Below are positions 10,089 to 19,655 of a stretch of DNA of 64,000 nt, piece after piece. The DNA lies in the NCBI GenBank assembly GCA_963667565.1, contig OY763415.1, positions 542,019 to 606,018 of the forward strand, given 5' to 3'. A program made the translations under genes and the position numbers. This DNA comes from Acholeplasmataceae bacterium (GTDB lineage: Bacteria; Bacillota_I; Bacilli_A; Acholeplasmatales; Acholeplasmataceae). Within the stretch, counting starts at the first letter, position 1. Each line of letters opens with the position of its first letter. Under the pieces are notes generated by a model that searched no databases, had not been told where the DNA came from, and saw only the letters and a program-made list of their open reading frames with translations.

Positions 10089-10564
10089 AAAGAGAAAAAT
10101 ATATTTCATGGGATCAATATTTCATGGGTGTTGCAAAGTTATCAGCACTAAGAAGTAAGGATCCTGATACACAAGTTGGTGCGTGCATCGTCAATCAAGA
10201 AAAACGTATTATTGGTATCGGTTATAATGGTTTCCCTCAAGGGTGTGATGACCACATTTTTCCATGGAAAAAAGAAGGAACACTAACTGAAACTAAATAT
10301 CCTTATGTTGTTCATGCAGAAGCAAACGCGATTTTAAATGCAACACAATCCTTAAAGGATTCAAAGATATTTGTTACTTTGTTTCCATGTAATGAATGTG
10401 CTAAATTAATCATCCAAAGTGGTATTAAAGAAATTATATTTGAATCAAATAAGTATGAACATACAGAAACACATCAAGCAGCAATTAAAATGCTCAATGC
10501 ATCTGGTGTTACATATAGACAAGTCAAAGCTGGCGAATTAGTATATGAAGAAATTTCTAAGTGA
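10085..10564 (+). CDS. dCMP deaminase family protein
   Basis: HAEANA and PCNEC zinc-binding deaminase motifs. Confidence 0.92.
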   Translation: MKREKYISWDQYFMGVAKLSALRSKDPDTQVGACIVNQEKRIIGIGYNGFPQGCDDHIFPWKKEGTLTETKYPYVVHAEANAILNATQSLKDSKIFVTLFPCNECAKLIIQSGIKEIIFESNKYEHTETHQAAIKMLNASGVTYRQVKAGELVYEEISK

Positions 10565-11531
10565 TCATCTAAAAATTGTAGTTAGCATTGTGATTATTTA
10601 TGTGATGCTATTGATCTTTTTTTGTACGCCTACAAATTATGCTATTATTGCTCCAGGTGGTGTCACAAATCTTAGTCAAGCATTTACGATAGATCAAGTT
10701 GAAATGGATGACCATTTCTATTCGATTTATGTGTATTCACAAGATCCAATTACGCTTTTTCAATATGTTCTACTAAGAAATAATCCAAATTATGAAATAT
10801 CCTTAATGACAACTAGACAAACAGATACATCAATTCTTGATGGTGTTGTACAAGGAAATATTTCTAAGATTGCATCATATCAAACATCATTGATTAAAGC
10901 TTATGAACTTGCACATATTAAAGACGAATTGATTACAATTGATTATGATTATTTAGGTTTAATCATTTATGACTTTCCTAGACGTATAAACGAAATTAGT
11001 ATTGGTGATTTAATTATAGGCGTAGATGGATATAACCTTAGTGAATCTAATTTTGAAGATTCAAAATCACTTGCATATCAAAGAGAAGTTGAATATACAA
11101 TCCAAAGAAGTGATGGTAGTATCTATACTTATACATATCAGTATCAGGAAGATGATGTCTTATTTTGGTTTTTTCCTTCTTATGATATCAAAGATGCAAA
11201 TCCAAGTTTCTCATATAGCAATTTCAATGTCATTGGAGGTTCAAGTGGCGGACTTATGCAAACATTGAATATTTATGTAAGTTTACTAAAACTAAACTTA
11301 ACACATGTAAAAATTGCAGGTACAGGGACGATTGAGATGGATGGAAGTATCGGAAAAATTGGCGGCATTAGAGAAAAAATTATTACTGCAGAACGCGAAA
11401 AAATGGATGTATTTTTCATTCCAGAATCACATATTGATGATATTACAGGGTTAAGTTATTCATATGAATTGGTTGTTGTAAATACCATAGATGAGGCGGT
11501 TAATTGGCTTTATGAAAACGTTATTCGGTAA
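10545..11531 (+). CDS. YlbL-like membrane-anchored Lon-type (S16) protease
   Basis: N-terminal TM helix; C-terminal GGSSGGLM (Ser), AGTGTI and IGGIREK (Lys) Lon-proteolytic motifs. Confidence 0.85.
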   Translation: MKKFLSDHLKIVVSIVIIYVMLLIFFCTPTNYAIIAPGGVTNLSQAFTIDQVEMDDHFYSIYVYSQDPITLFQYVLLRNNPNYEISLMTTRQTDTSILDGVVQGNISKIASYQTSLIKAYELAHIKDELITIDYDYLGLIIYDFPRRINEISIGDLIIGVDGYNLSESNFEDSKSLAYQREVEYTIQRSDGSIYTYTYQYQEDDVLFWFFPSYDIKDANPSFSYSNFNVIGGSSGGLMQTLNIYVSLLKLNLTHVKIAGTGTIEMDGSIGKIGGIREKIITAEREKMDVFFIPESHIDDITGLSYSYELVVVNTIDEAVNWLYENVIR

Positions 11532-11898
11532 ATTAACACTACTTTATCAAAGATATAAAGTGACCAATAAAAGATTACATCAAATCATTGATGGTAAAAC
11601 CGCACTTAAAGCAACTTTATATGCGATTATCATGAGCATATTTGTCATCAGTTTGCCGATGGCGATCGTCATTAATATGTTTATATTTACTAAACTTGCA
11701 ATTTTTTTATCAATTTTAATTGTAGTTTTAATATTATTATGGGTTCTCTTATACTATAAGTTTTATTTTATCTTACTTAGAAATTATAATGATAAGGTCA
11801 ATGATGTAAACACAGTCTATATATTTTGGGTAGAAACAAGTTTTATTAATTTTATCTTAATATGGATTTCTATCATCGTTATCTCAATTCTTATTTAA
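11512..11898 (+). CDS. Hypothetical membrane protein
   Basis: Three hydrophobic segments, in-operon position; start chosen at ATG 11512 behind GAGGCGG. Confidence 0.7.
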   Translation: MKTLFGKLTLLYQRYKVTNKRLHQIIDGKTALKATLYAIIMSIFVISLPMAIVINMFIFTKLAIFLSILIVVLILLWVLLYYKFYFILLRNYNDKVNDVNTVYIFWVETSFINFILIWISIIVISILI

Positions 11899-11908
11899 AG
11901 GAGTTATT

Positions 11909-12475
11909 ATGAACAAATTGAAAACATTTTTAAGCAACAAATATATCTTTGGTGGCATACTCATAGTTTTATTTATTTTACTAGATCAAATAACTAAAGC
12001 AATTGCATTTGCATATCAAACAAGCCTATCGATGAGTAATGTTGTTTTTATTAAGTATATACTTGAATTTTCATATACAGAAAACCCTGATGCATCCTTA
12101 GGTTTATTAGGCAATTTTGAACACAAGGAATTAGCATTTGTTATCGTAACTATTTTCGCATTAGGTCTATTTGGATATTTTTATAAAGATATCGATTTTA
12201 AGAAGAAGAAAGTGTATAGTATTGCTATGGTGTTTTTCATCGCTGGTACATTAGGGAATGCAATTGATAGATTATTTAGAGGTTTTGTTATTGATTTTCT
12301 ACATTTTCCATTCTTCAACTTTTTGTATTATGTGGGATTAAGCAATTTTGATAACAACATTGCAGATATTTTATTGACATTTGCAATTATATTATTTGCA
12401 GTTGAACTGTTCATATTAGAACCGATTGCTCATAAGAAAGAAAAGGCAATAGAACAAAATGAAGCAGATCATTAA
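11909..12475 (+). CDS. lspA: Lipoprotein signal peptidase II
   Basis: LDQITK, GNAIDRL, VIDF, NIAD motifs; lspA-rluD order. Confidence 0.93.
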   Translation: MNKLKTFLSNKYIFGGILIVLFILLDQITKAIAFAYQTSLSMSNVVFIKYILEFSYTENPDASLGLLGNFEHKELAFVIVTIFALGLFGYFYKDIDFKKKKVYSIAMVFFIAGTLGNAIDRLFRGFVIDFLHFPFFNFLYYVGLSNFDNNIADILLTFAIILFAVELFILEPIAHKKEKAIEQNEADH

Positions 12476-13364
12476 TATTGATACAATTGAAGAAAAAACA
12501 AGACTTGATAATTATCTCAATGATCAAGTTTTTTCTGATAAATCTAGAAGTTATGTTCAAAATTTAATTAAAAAAGGTCTCGTTCTTGTTAATCACTTAG
12601 AAGTTAAAACGGGCTATATATTAAAAATTCATGACCAAATTACAATAGAATCATATGAACCTGAAGTCTTAGATTTAAAACCAGTTGACTTAAAGTTAGA
12701 TATTGTATTTGAGGATGATGATATCGCAGTCATAAACAAACCACAGGGGTTAGTCGTACATCCAGCAAGTAGCTACAAAGATGCAACTTTAGTTCATGGG
12801 TTATTACACCAAATGGATAATCTAAGTGAGATTAATGGTGTAATAAGACCAGGTATAGTCCATAGAATTGATAAAGATACATCAGGTTTGCTTGTGGTTG
12901 CAAAGCATGATAGAGCGCATCAAATATTAAGTGATATGCTAAAAAATCATGAAATCAAACGTACATATATGGCCATTGTTTATGGGCACTTTAATGAGCA
13001 AAAAGCAACTATTGATGCACCCATTGGCAGAAGCCCTAAAAATCGATTAAAGATGGCAGTCATCAAAGATGGTAAGCATGCAATCACACATTTTGAAGTG
13101 ATTGAACAATTTGATCAATATGCACTCATTAAATGTCAACTTGAGACTGGAAGAACGCATCAAATTAGAGTTCATCTAGCATATATTAATCATCCAATTC
13201 TTGGAGATCCAATATATGGACCTAAAAAAGTCTATGGCGATACAGGTCAATATTTACATGCATATCAATTAGAGTTTGATCATCCAATAAAAAAAGAACA
13301 TCTCACATTTAAAGTGGAGATGCCTTCTAAATTTAATGATTTTTTAAATAAAAATTTAAAATAG
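12459..13364 (+). CDS. rluD: RluA/RluD-family pseudouridine synthase
   Basis: S4 domain, HRIDKDTSG catalytic Asp, GRTHQIRVH. Confidence 0.93.
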   Translation: MKQIINIDTIEEKTRLDNYLNDQVFSDKSRSYVQNLIKKGLVLVNHLEVKTGYILKIHDQITIESYEPEVLDLKPVDLKLDIVFEDDDIAVINKPQGLVVHPASSYKDATLVHGLLHQMDNLSEINGVIRPGIVHRIDKDTSGLLVVAKHDRAHQILSDMLKNHEIKRTYMAIVYGHFNEQKATIDAPIGRSPKNRLKMAVIKDGKHAITHFEVIEQFDQYALIKCQLETGRTHQIRVHLAYINHPILGDPIYGPKKVYGDTGQYLHAYQLEFDHPIKKEHLTFKVEMPSKFNDFLNKNLK

Positions 13365-14213
13365 ATTTTGTTTAGTGATATTTTTATAATTCATTTTTGC
13401 AATTAAAGGCAGCTGTGTTAATCCAATTTTTTGGTAAACATCTTTAATTTGATGATCAACTTCTTTGCTAGCACCTTTTAATAATGAAATGCCTAATTTT
13501 TTACTATACTGATCCAATTTAACTAAAAATGCATAACGTGCAATAATAGAAGCAGCAGCAACACTTAAGTGAACTTGTTCAGCTTTTGTATGAAATTCTA
13601 TATCTCTATAAATCTCAGTTTCATCTTTTAAATAATTAAAATAAAGCTGAGGTGTACAAAATTGATCAACAATAACTGGCACTTGATGTCCGACTTTTTC
13701 AAAAGTCTTTACAATAGCTTGATTATGTAATAAAGCCTTCATTTTATTTAGATTATAGCCTTTTGCTACTAAATTGTTATACTTTTGAGGCGATAATATA
13801 ATAAGTGAGTGCTTTATTATTTTGGCAATTTTAGGACCAATTTCAATGATTTTTTTATCACTGATGTTTTTAGAATCTCTGACACCTAGTTGCTCAAGAT
13901 ATGGAATATCAGTTTTTGATGCGTATGCAGAGCATACAACAATAGGACCAAAGACATCACCTGTACCGACTTCATCTGAACCAATGGCTTCATAGTCTTC
14001 TCGACCAAGCAGTTTTTTGATTAAAATGATCTCATGTGTGATTTCTTTACCTTGAAGCACGATTTTACCAGTTTTATAACCGAAAATATTGATTGAGTGA
14101 TGAATTGCATGAAATTCTAAGTAAGGATTATCACTTGTGATACAATGGTTATGGTATATTTTATGTAATTTTAGTAATTCTTCATTGCTGACTGACAGGG
14201 TAAAATGTTTCAT
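13356..14213 (-). CDS. rnhC: Ribonuclease HIII
   Basis: IGSDEVGTGD, DSK, VAAASIIAR; N-terminal TBP-like domain. Confidence 0.95.
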   Translation of the reverse strand: MKHFTLSVSNEELLKLHKIYHNHCITSDNPYLEFHAIHHSINIFGYKTGKIVLQGKEITHEIILIKKLLGREDYEAIGSDEVGTGDVFGPIVVCSAYASKTDIPYLEQLGVRDSKNISDKKIIEIGPKIAKIIKHSLIILSPQKYNNLVAKGYNLNKMKALLHNQAIVKTFEKVGHQVPVIVDQFCTPQLYFNYLKDETEIYRDIEFHTKAEQVHLSVAAASIIARYAFLVKLDQYSKKLGISLLKGASKEVDHQIKDVYQKIGLTQLPLIAKMNYKNITKQNLF

Positions 14214-14270
14214 AATTTGCTCCTTATTTACTTGATTATACCATATTTTATTAAGAAAAGGTGGATTTTT

Positions 14271-16595
14271 ATGCGATTTATGACTAAAACTCTTGAGTTT
14301 CCAGAGATTTTAAAGCGTGTAGAGAAATATGCACATACGGATTCTACTAGAGAAAAAATTAATCTATTGACACCACAAGTTGAACTATTTGATATCGAAC
14401 AATCACTTCGTGAAACAAGCGATTTTTTAAGTATTGTTTATCGTGTTAGTCGTATACCTTTTGTTGATGATTTTGACATCGTACAATTATTTTCATATGG
14501 AGAAAAACAGTTAAGTTATTCCATTTATGAACTTTTGCAGATCAAATTGTTTTTAGCGATGGAAAAAGATGTTTTTACTTATATAAAAAATCTAAAAAAA
14601 TTGAACATTGAGCAAGGATCGATAAAACCTTATTTTGAACAAGTTGAATCACATTATCATTTATATGATAAGTTGATAAATATGATTGATCCTGAAGGTT
14701 TTTTCCTAGATGATGCATCAATTAGACTATCTCAAATTAGAAATGATTTAAGAAGATTTGAGCATCAATTACAAGATAGATTAAATAAATTAGTCGTCGA
14801 TTATCAATCATATTTGTCAGAGCAAGTGATTGTGATTCGAAATGATCGTTTTTGCCTATGTGTCAAAGAAGCATTCAAGCATAAGATTAAAGGGATTACA
14901 CATGACATATCAGCAAGTGGACAAACCATTTATATCGAGCCTGAACAATCAAGACAAATCACTGCTCAAATTGAAACCTTAAAAGCAGAAGAAAAAAATG
15001 AGATTGATCACATTTTGCGATCATTAAGTTCTCAAATCCAGTTAGAAGAAGAAAGTTTACTTTCAAATTTAAATCTTTTTGTACTCATGGATTTTATGCA
15101 ATCTAAAGCTTTATATGCTAAGGAAATAGATGCAATTAAACCACATATTAATCAATTAGGCAAAACATATCTCGTGAATGCTAAGCATCCATTACTTGAC
15201 CAAAAAATAGCTGTACCCATCAGTTTAAAAATTGATGAACAATATAAAATATTATTGATCACAGGACCAAATACAGGTGGAAAGACTGTAGCATTAAAAA
15301 CATTGGGATTATTAACACTAATGACTCAATCAGGACTACTGATTCCTGCTTCGGAACAAACTGAAATCGCAATTTTTAATCAAATTTTTGCAGATATCGG
15401 TGATGAGCAATCCATTGAACAATCGTTATCTACATTTTCATCACATTTGACCAAAATAATTGGTATGTTAAAAGATGTCGATGATCAAACTTTAATCATT
15501 TTAGATGAAATTGGTAGTGGTACTGATCCAAATGAAGGTGTTTCTTTAGCGATTGCGATTTTAAATGCCTTTAAGATACATGACGTTAGAATGCTAGTCA
15601 CTACCCATTATTCTGAATTGAAACATTATGCGTTTGAGCAACCTGATATTCAAACCGCTAGTGTTGCATTTGACCAAAGTTCATTAAAACCATTATATTA
15701 TATTCAAATGGGAATGACTGGATCATCACAAGCATTTTTGATTGCGCAACGTTTAGGGTTACCTAAAGAAGTCATTGAAGAAGCTCAAGATTTATATCAA
15801 AACAAACAAACTGATGTTGCAAAAATGATGGATAAACTCAACACGATGATGGCTAATTATGAACAAGAAGAGAAGAAACTCATCGATCAAAATAATGATT
15901 TATCTAAAAAAATAAAGTCCTATGAAGATTTAAAACATGAACTTATTAAAAAACAAGACATTGCTATAGAACAAGTTAAGAAACAAGAATCAGATAAATG
16001 GGAACAATTAAAATCTGATGCACTTACGATCATCAAAGAATTAGAAGGTAAAAATAGTTTAAGTAAACCTGAATCTGCAGAGTATAAATTTCAGTTAAAA
16101 AATAATGGTGAAAATAAACGTATTTATCAGTTAGAAGATGACATAAAAAAAGGTGATTCTGTCTTTATTAAACCTTATCAACAATATGGTATCGTTACAA
16201 AGATAAAAAATGAACGCTATTTAGTTAAATTTGGAAAGTTCGAATTAGAATTTGATCTCATTGATTTAATCAAAGATAAAGATGATAAGAAAACGCCTAA
16301 AAAGACTGAAAGAAAAGCTAAAATCGCATCAAATGATGCACCTATGAGAAAAGGTTTAATGACACTGGATCTTAGAGGTTTTCGATTTGAAGACGTTTAT
16401 GAAGCCATCGATCAAGCAGTTGATCAAGCATTATATACTGGTCTTCATGAACTAACAATCATTCATGGATTTGGTACAGGTGCAGTTAAGAAAGCAGTCT
16501 ATGATTATATCAAACAATCTAAACTCATTAAGTCACATCGATTTGGTGGTGAAGGTGAAGGATTAAATGGTGTAACAATTTTGACTTTAAAATAA
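14271..16595 (+). CDS. mutS2: Endonuclease MutS2
   Basis: TGPNTGGKT, QSLSTFSSH, LDEIGSGTDP, C-terminal Smr domain (IIHGFGTG); start moved to ATG 14271. Confidence 0.95.
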   Translation: MRFMTKTLEFPEILKRVEKYAHTDSTREKINLLTPQVELFDIEQSLRETSDFLSIVYRVSRIPFVDDFDIVQLFSYGEKQLSYSIYELLQIKLFLAMEKDVFTYIKNLKKLNIEQGSIKPYFEQVESHYHLYDKLINMIDPEGFFLDDASIRLSQIRNDLRRFEHQLQDRLNKLVVDYQSYLSEQVIVIRNDRFCLCVKEAFKHKIKGITHDISASGQTIYIEPEQSRQITAQIETLKAEEKNEIDHILRSLSSQIQLEEESLLSNLNLFVLMDFMQSKALYAKEIDAIKPHINQLGKTYLVNAKHPLLDQKIAVPISLKIDEQYKILLITGPNTGGKTVALKTLGLLTLMTQSGLLIPASEQTEIAIFNQIFADIGDEQSIEQSLSTFSSHLTKIIGMLKDVDDQTLIILDEIGSGTDPNEGVSLAIAILNAFKIHDVRMLVTTHYSELKHYAFEQPDIQTASVAFDQSSLKPLYYIQMGMTGSSQAFLIAQRLGLPKEVIEEAQDLYQNKQTDVAKMMDKLNTMMANYEQEEKKLIDQNNDLSKKIKSYEDLKHELIKKQDIAIEQVKKQESDKWEQLKSDALTIIKELEGKNSLSKPESAEYKFQLKNNGENKRIYQLEDDIKKGDSVFIKPYQQYGIVTKIKNERYLVKFGKFELEFDLIDLIKDKDDKKTPKKTERKAKIASNDAPMRKGLMTLDLRGFRFEDVYEAIDQAVDQALYTGLHELTIIHGFGTGAVKKAVYDYIKQSKLIKSHRFGGEGEGLNGVTILTLK

Positions 16596-16672
16596 GCAAG
16601 ATACTTGAATTATTTATAATAAAAATATATAATTATGATATAAAATTTGATTAAGAAATGAGGATTTTTTAA

Positions 16673-16981
16673 ATGATTGATTATCAAGGACAACCATATG
16701 AACAAGTCATTGGACGTCAAGGTGTTGTAGTTGTACAATACTTTGCTACATGGTGTGGACCATGTAAAATGTTAAAACCAGTATTAGAAGCTTTAAGTAC
16801 AGAAATGACTGATGTAGCATTCTTCAGATCAGATATCGACTTATACAGAAATCAAGCAATTGAAGCTGGTATTAGAAGTGTTCCAACTGTTGTAGTTTAC
16901 AAAGATGGAGAAGAAGTTGATCGTCAAAGTGGTTACCAACCAAAAGAAAGAGTAGCTGCTTGGTTAAATCAATATCGCTAG
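16673..16981 (+). CDS. trxA: Thioredoxin
   Basis: WCGPC active site. Confidence 0.95.
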   Translation: MIDYQGQPYEQVIGRQGVVVVQYFATWCGPCKMLKPVLEALSTEMTDVAFFRSDIDLYRNQAIEAGIRSVPTVVVYKDGEEVDRQSGYQPKERVAAWLNQYR

Positions 16982-16988
16982 TAAAATG

Positions 16989-17010
16989 AGCACGCAAGTG
17001 CTTTTTTTAT
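16989..17010 (+). terminator. Intrinsic terminator after trxA
   Basis: AGCAC-gcaa-GTGCT hairpin followed by T-run. Confidence 0.65.
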
Positions 17011-17045
17011 GCGCCAATTTTATGTATAATAAATGTGGTGATTAA

Positions 17046-17891
17046 ATGGATGGATTTGTATTAATTGATAAACCGGTTGGTATTTCAAGCCATGATGTTG
17101 TTTATCAAGTCAAAAAGAAATTAAAAGTAAATAAAGTAGGACATACAGGTACGCTTGATCCATTTGCAAGTGGTCTTTTGATTTTATGCATTGGTAAAGC
17201 GACGAAACTAGCACAACTATTCTCAGATTTAGATAAATCATATTCGGGTACTATCTTATTTAATAAACTCTATGATACTTATGATGTGACAGGAAAATTG
17301 ATTGATGAAAAGCAAGTTGAATTATCAAGTGACCTGATCAAATCAAAATCCAAAGAGATGATTGGTACTTATAATCAATTGCCACCCATGTATTCTGCAA
17401 TAAAAATTGATGGTAAAAAACTCTATGATTTAGCAAGACAAGGTATTGAACTAGAAAGACCTAAAAGAAAAGTATCTATTTTTGATTTTATAATTCATGA
17501 TTTTAAAGATGATAAATCAACATTTTTTGCTCATGTATCAAAAGGCACTTATATTAGAAGTTTAGCCGTTGATTTTGCCCAAAAATTAGGAACAATTGCA
17601 GTATTAGAAACGCTTAGAAGAGAATCTGTAGGTTCTTATGATGTCAAAGATGCAATCTCAATTCAAGAAGTAGAAAAAGATGATATTATAAGTGTAGAAT
17701 CATACTTTAGAAATCATCAGAAATTAACATTAAGTGATTATTTAATCCATTTAGTTAAAAATGGTGTTTATTTAGACGAACGACAAATTGAAACTGAACA
17801 ACCATTTATTGTTGTTGATCAACAAAATCAAATGATTGCATATTATGAAGTCATTGATAAAAATAAGTATAAACCAGTTTATATATTTTAG
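17046..17891 (+). CDS. truB: tRNA pseudouridine(55) synthase
   Basis: GHTGTLDPFASG, PPMYSAIK, SKGTYIRSL. Confidence 0.96.
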   Translation: MDGFVLIDKPVGISSHDVVYQVKKKLKVNKVGHTGTLDPFASGLLILCIGKATKLAQLFSDLDKSYSGTILFNKLYDTYDVTGKLIDEKQVELSSDLIKSKSKEMIGTYNQLPPMYSAIKIDGKKLYDLARQGIELERPKRKVSIFDFIIHDFKDDKSTFFAHVSKGTYIRSLAVDFAQKLGTIAVLETLRRESVGSYDVKDAISIQEVEKDDIISVESYFRNHQKLTLSDYLIHLVKNGVYLDERQIETEQPFIVVDQQNQMIAYYEVIDKNKYKPVYIF

Positions 17892-17900
17892 GAGAATGCT

Positions 17901-18794
17901 ATGAAAATCATTTTTGATGAATATCAAAATATGAATAATAAAGATCAATTAACCATCACATTAGGTAATTTTGATGGTGTACATATTGGTCATCAACGAT
18001 TAATTGATCGCGTTTTAAGTTATTCAGATACAAAACATGCAGTTTTGACATTTGATCCACATCCAGCATCTGTATTAAGAAGACAAAACTTTTCTACTTT
18101 AACACAAAAAAATGATAAAGTTACTTTCTTAAGAAAGTATCCTCTTGATTATATATTTATTGTTAAGTTTACTGAAGATTTTTCAAAACTTTCAGTTTCG
18201 GATTTTATCGCGTTTTTAAAAAATCTTAATGTGAAGCGTGTCATACTTGGAAGAGATGCAAGATTCGCATTTCGTGGACAAGGATCAAGTGAGGATTTAA
18301 AGAAGTACTTTTTTGTAGATGTACTTGATGACTTACTTTATAATCAAATGCGTGTCTCTACAACCTATATTAAAGATTTTTTGAGACAAGGACAATTAGA
18401 TTTAGCAAGAAAATTACTTAATAAGCACTATGAAATTCATGGTAATGTCGTTTATGGAAACCAAATTGGTAAACAACTCGGATTTCCAACTGCCAATATT
18501 GATTATGGTAATTATTTCTTACCTAAAAATGGTGTTTATTACGTGCATATAACGATAGACCAAAAGACATATCCAGGTATTGCTAATATTGGATATAACC
18601 CAACGCTTAATTATTCTCAAACCAAAAAATTAGAGGTTTTTATCCTTGATTTTGATGGAAGTATTTATAAAAAAGCAGTTACAGTTGAATTTTTATATTA
18701 CTTAAGAGAGGAACAAAAATTCAAAGATCGTGATGCACTTATTCATCAAATAAAAGAAGATGAAGAACAGGTTAGAAGGCTATTAAAACATTAA
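17901..18794 (+). CDS. ribF: Bifunctional riboflavin kinase/FAD synthetase
   Basis: GNFDGVHIGH, GFPTAN motifs; truB-ribF order. Confidence 0.95.
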   Translation: MKIIFDEYQNMNNKDQLTITLGNFDGVHIGHQRLIDRVLSYSDTKHAVLTFDPHPASVLRRQNFSTLTQKNDKVTFLRKYPLDYIFIVKFTEDFSKLSVSDFIAFLKNLNVKRVILGRDARFAFRGQGSSEDLKKYFFVDVLDDLLYNQMRVSTTYIKDFLRQGQLDLARKLLNKHYEIHGNVVYGNQIGKQLGFPTANIDYGNYFLPKNGVYYVHITIDQKTYPGIANIGYNPTLNYSQTKKLEVFILDFDGSIYKKAVTVEFLYYLREEQKFKDRDALIHQIKEDEEQVRRLLKH

Positions 18795-18830
18795 AAATAT
18801 GTTATAATTATATATATAAGAGGTGATCTC

Positions 18831-19154
18831 ATGAAACTAATTGTAGCAATTGTATCAAATGATGATGCAAACAAAGTTCAAAAAGCATTAGTAAAAGAAA
18901 AGTTTTTCTCAACACGCCTATCAACAACCGGTGGTTTTTTAAGAGCTGGAAATGTGACATTTATGATTGGTACCAATGATGAGAAAATTCCAAGAGTTTT
19001 AGAAATCATAGAAACTCACAGTAAGAAACGCTCAAAGCTTGTGCCTAACACAATTGTCAATGAGTTTGGGTCTTTTACAGCACTACCAATTGAAGTTGAA
19101 GTTGGTGGAGCAACTGTATTTGTCATTAACGTTGATCAATTCATCAAAATATAA
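18831..19154 (+). CDS. darA: PII-like cyclic-di-AMP receptor (DarA/PstA family)
   Basis: MKLIVAIV, TRLSTTGGFLRAGN, EVGGATVFV family motifs. Confidence 0.9.
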   Translation: MKLIVAIVSNDDANKVQKALVKEKFFSTRLSTTGGFLRAGNVTFMIGTNDEKIPRVLEIIETHSKKRSKLVPNTIVNEFGSFTALPIEVEVGGATVFVINVDQFIKI

Positions 19155-19197
19155 ATTAAATGATTGCATTTTTATAAAAAAATGTTAAAATAAAAAA

Positions 19198-19259
19198 GGC
19201 GGTAACAAGGTATTTAGAAAGCCAACTGATACTTTAGTTATTCGAGAAAGGAAATAGAC
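19198..19259 (+). promoter_or_regulatory. Structured rpsO 5' leader (candidate S15 autoregulatory RNA)
   Basis: Long imperfect hairpin TAAC-AAGGTA-TTAG...CTGA-TACTTT-AGTTA between an extended -10 (TGtTAAAAT, 19183-19191) and the RBS; S15 leaders are established in Bacillota. Confidence 0.45.
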
Positions 19260-19529
19260 ATGGCAATTTCAAAGGCAAGAAAACAAGAAATCATCAAAGC
19301 ATACGCAACTAAAGAAGGAGATACAGGTTCTCCAGAAGTACAAGTTGCAGTGTTAACAGAAGAAATTAACACTTTAAATGGACATTTACAAGTACACATT
19401 CATGATTTTCATTCAAGACGTGGACTTTATAAGATGATTGGACAAAGACGTCGTTTACTTAATTACTTACGTAACAATGATGTAAATCGTTACCAAGAAT
19501 TAATTGCAAAATTAGGATTACGTCGATAA
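19260..19529 (+). CDS. rpsO: 30S ribosomal protein S15
   Basis: [24 protein letters not shown]. Confidence 0.98.
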   Translation: MAISKARKQEIIKAYATKEGDTGSPEVQVAVLTEEINTLNGHLQVHIHDFHSRRGLYKMIGQRRRLLNYLRNNDVNRYQELIAKLGLRR

Positions 19530-19556
19530 AAGATTGCCTAGCAATCTTTTTTTTTG
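19530..19556 (+). terminator. Intrinsic terminator after rpsO
   Basis: AAAGATTGC-cta-GCAATCTTT plus T-run. Confidence 0.8.
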
Positions 19557-19655
19557 ATTATTCCCCACAAATCACGTGTTTTGTGGTAAGATATATAAGG
19601 TTATAAAAAAAGAAAATAGAAGCGAAAAGCGTATATAAAATGAAGGAGATTTTAT

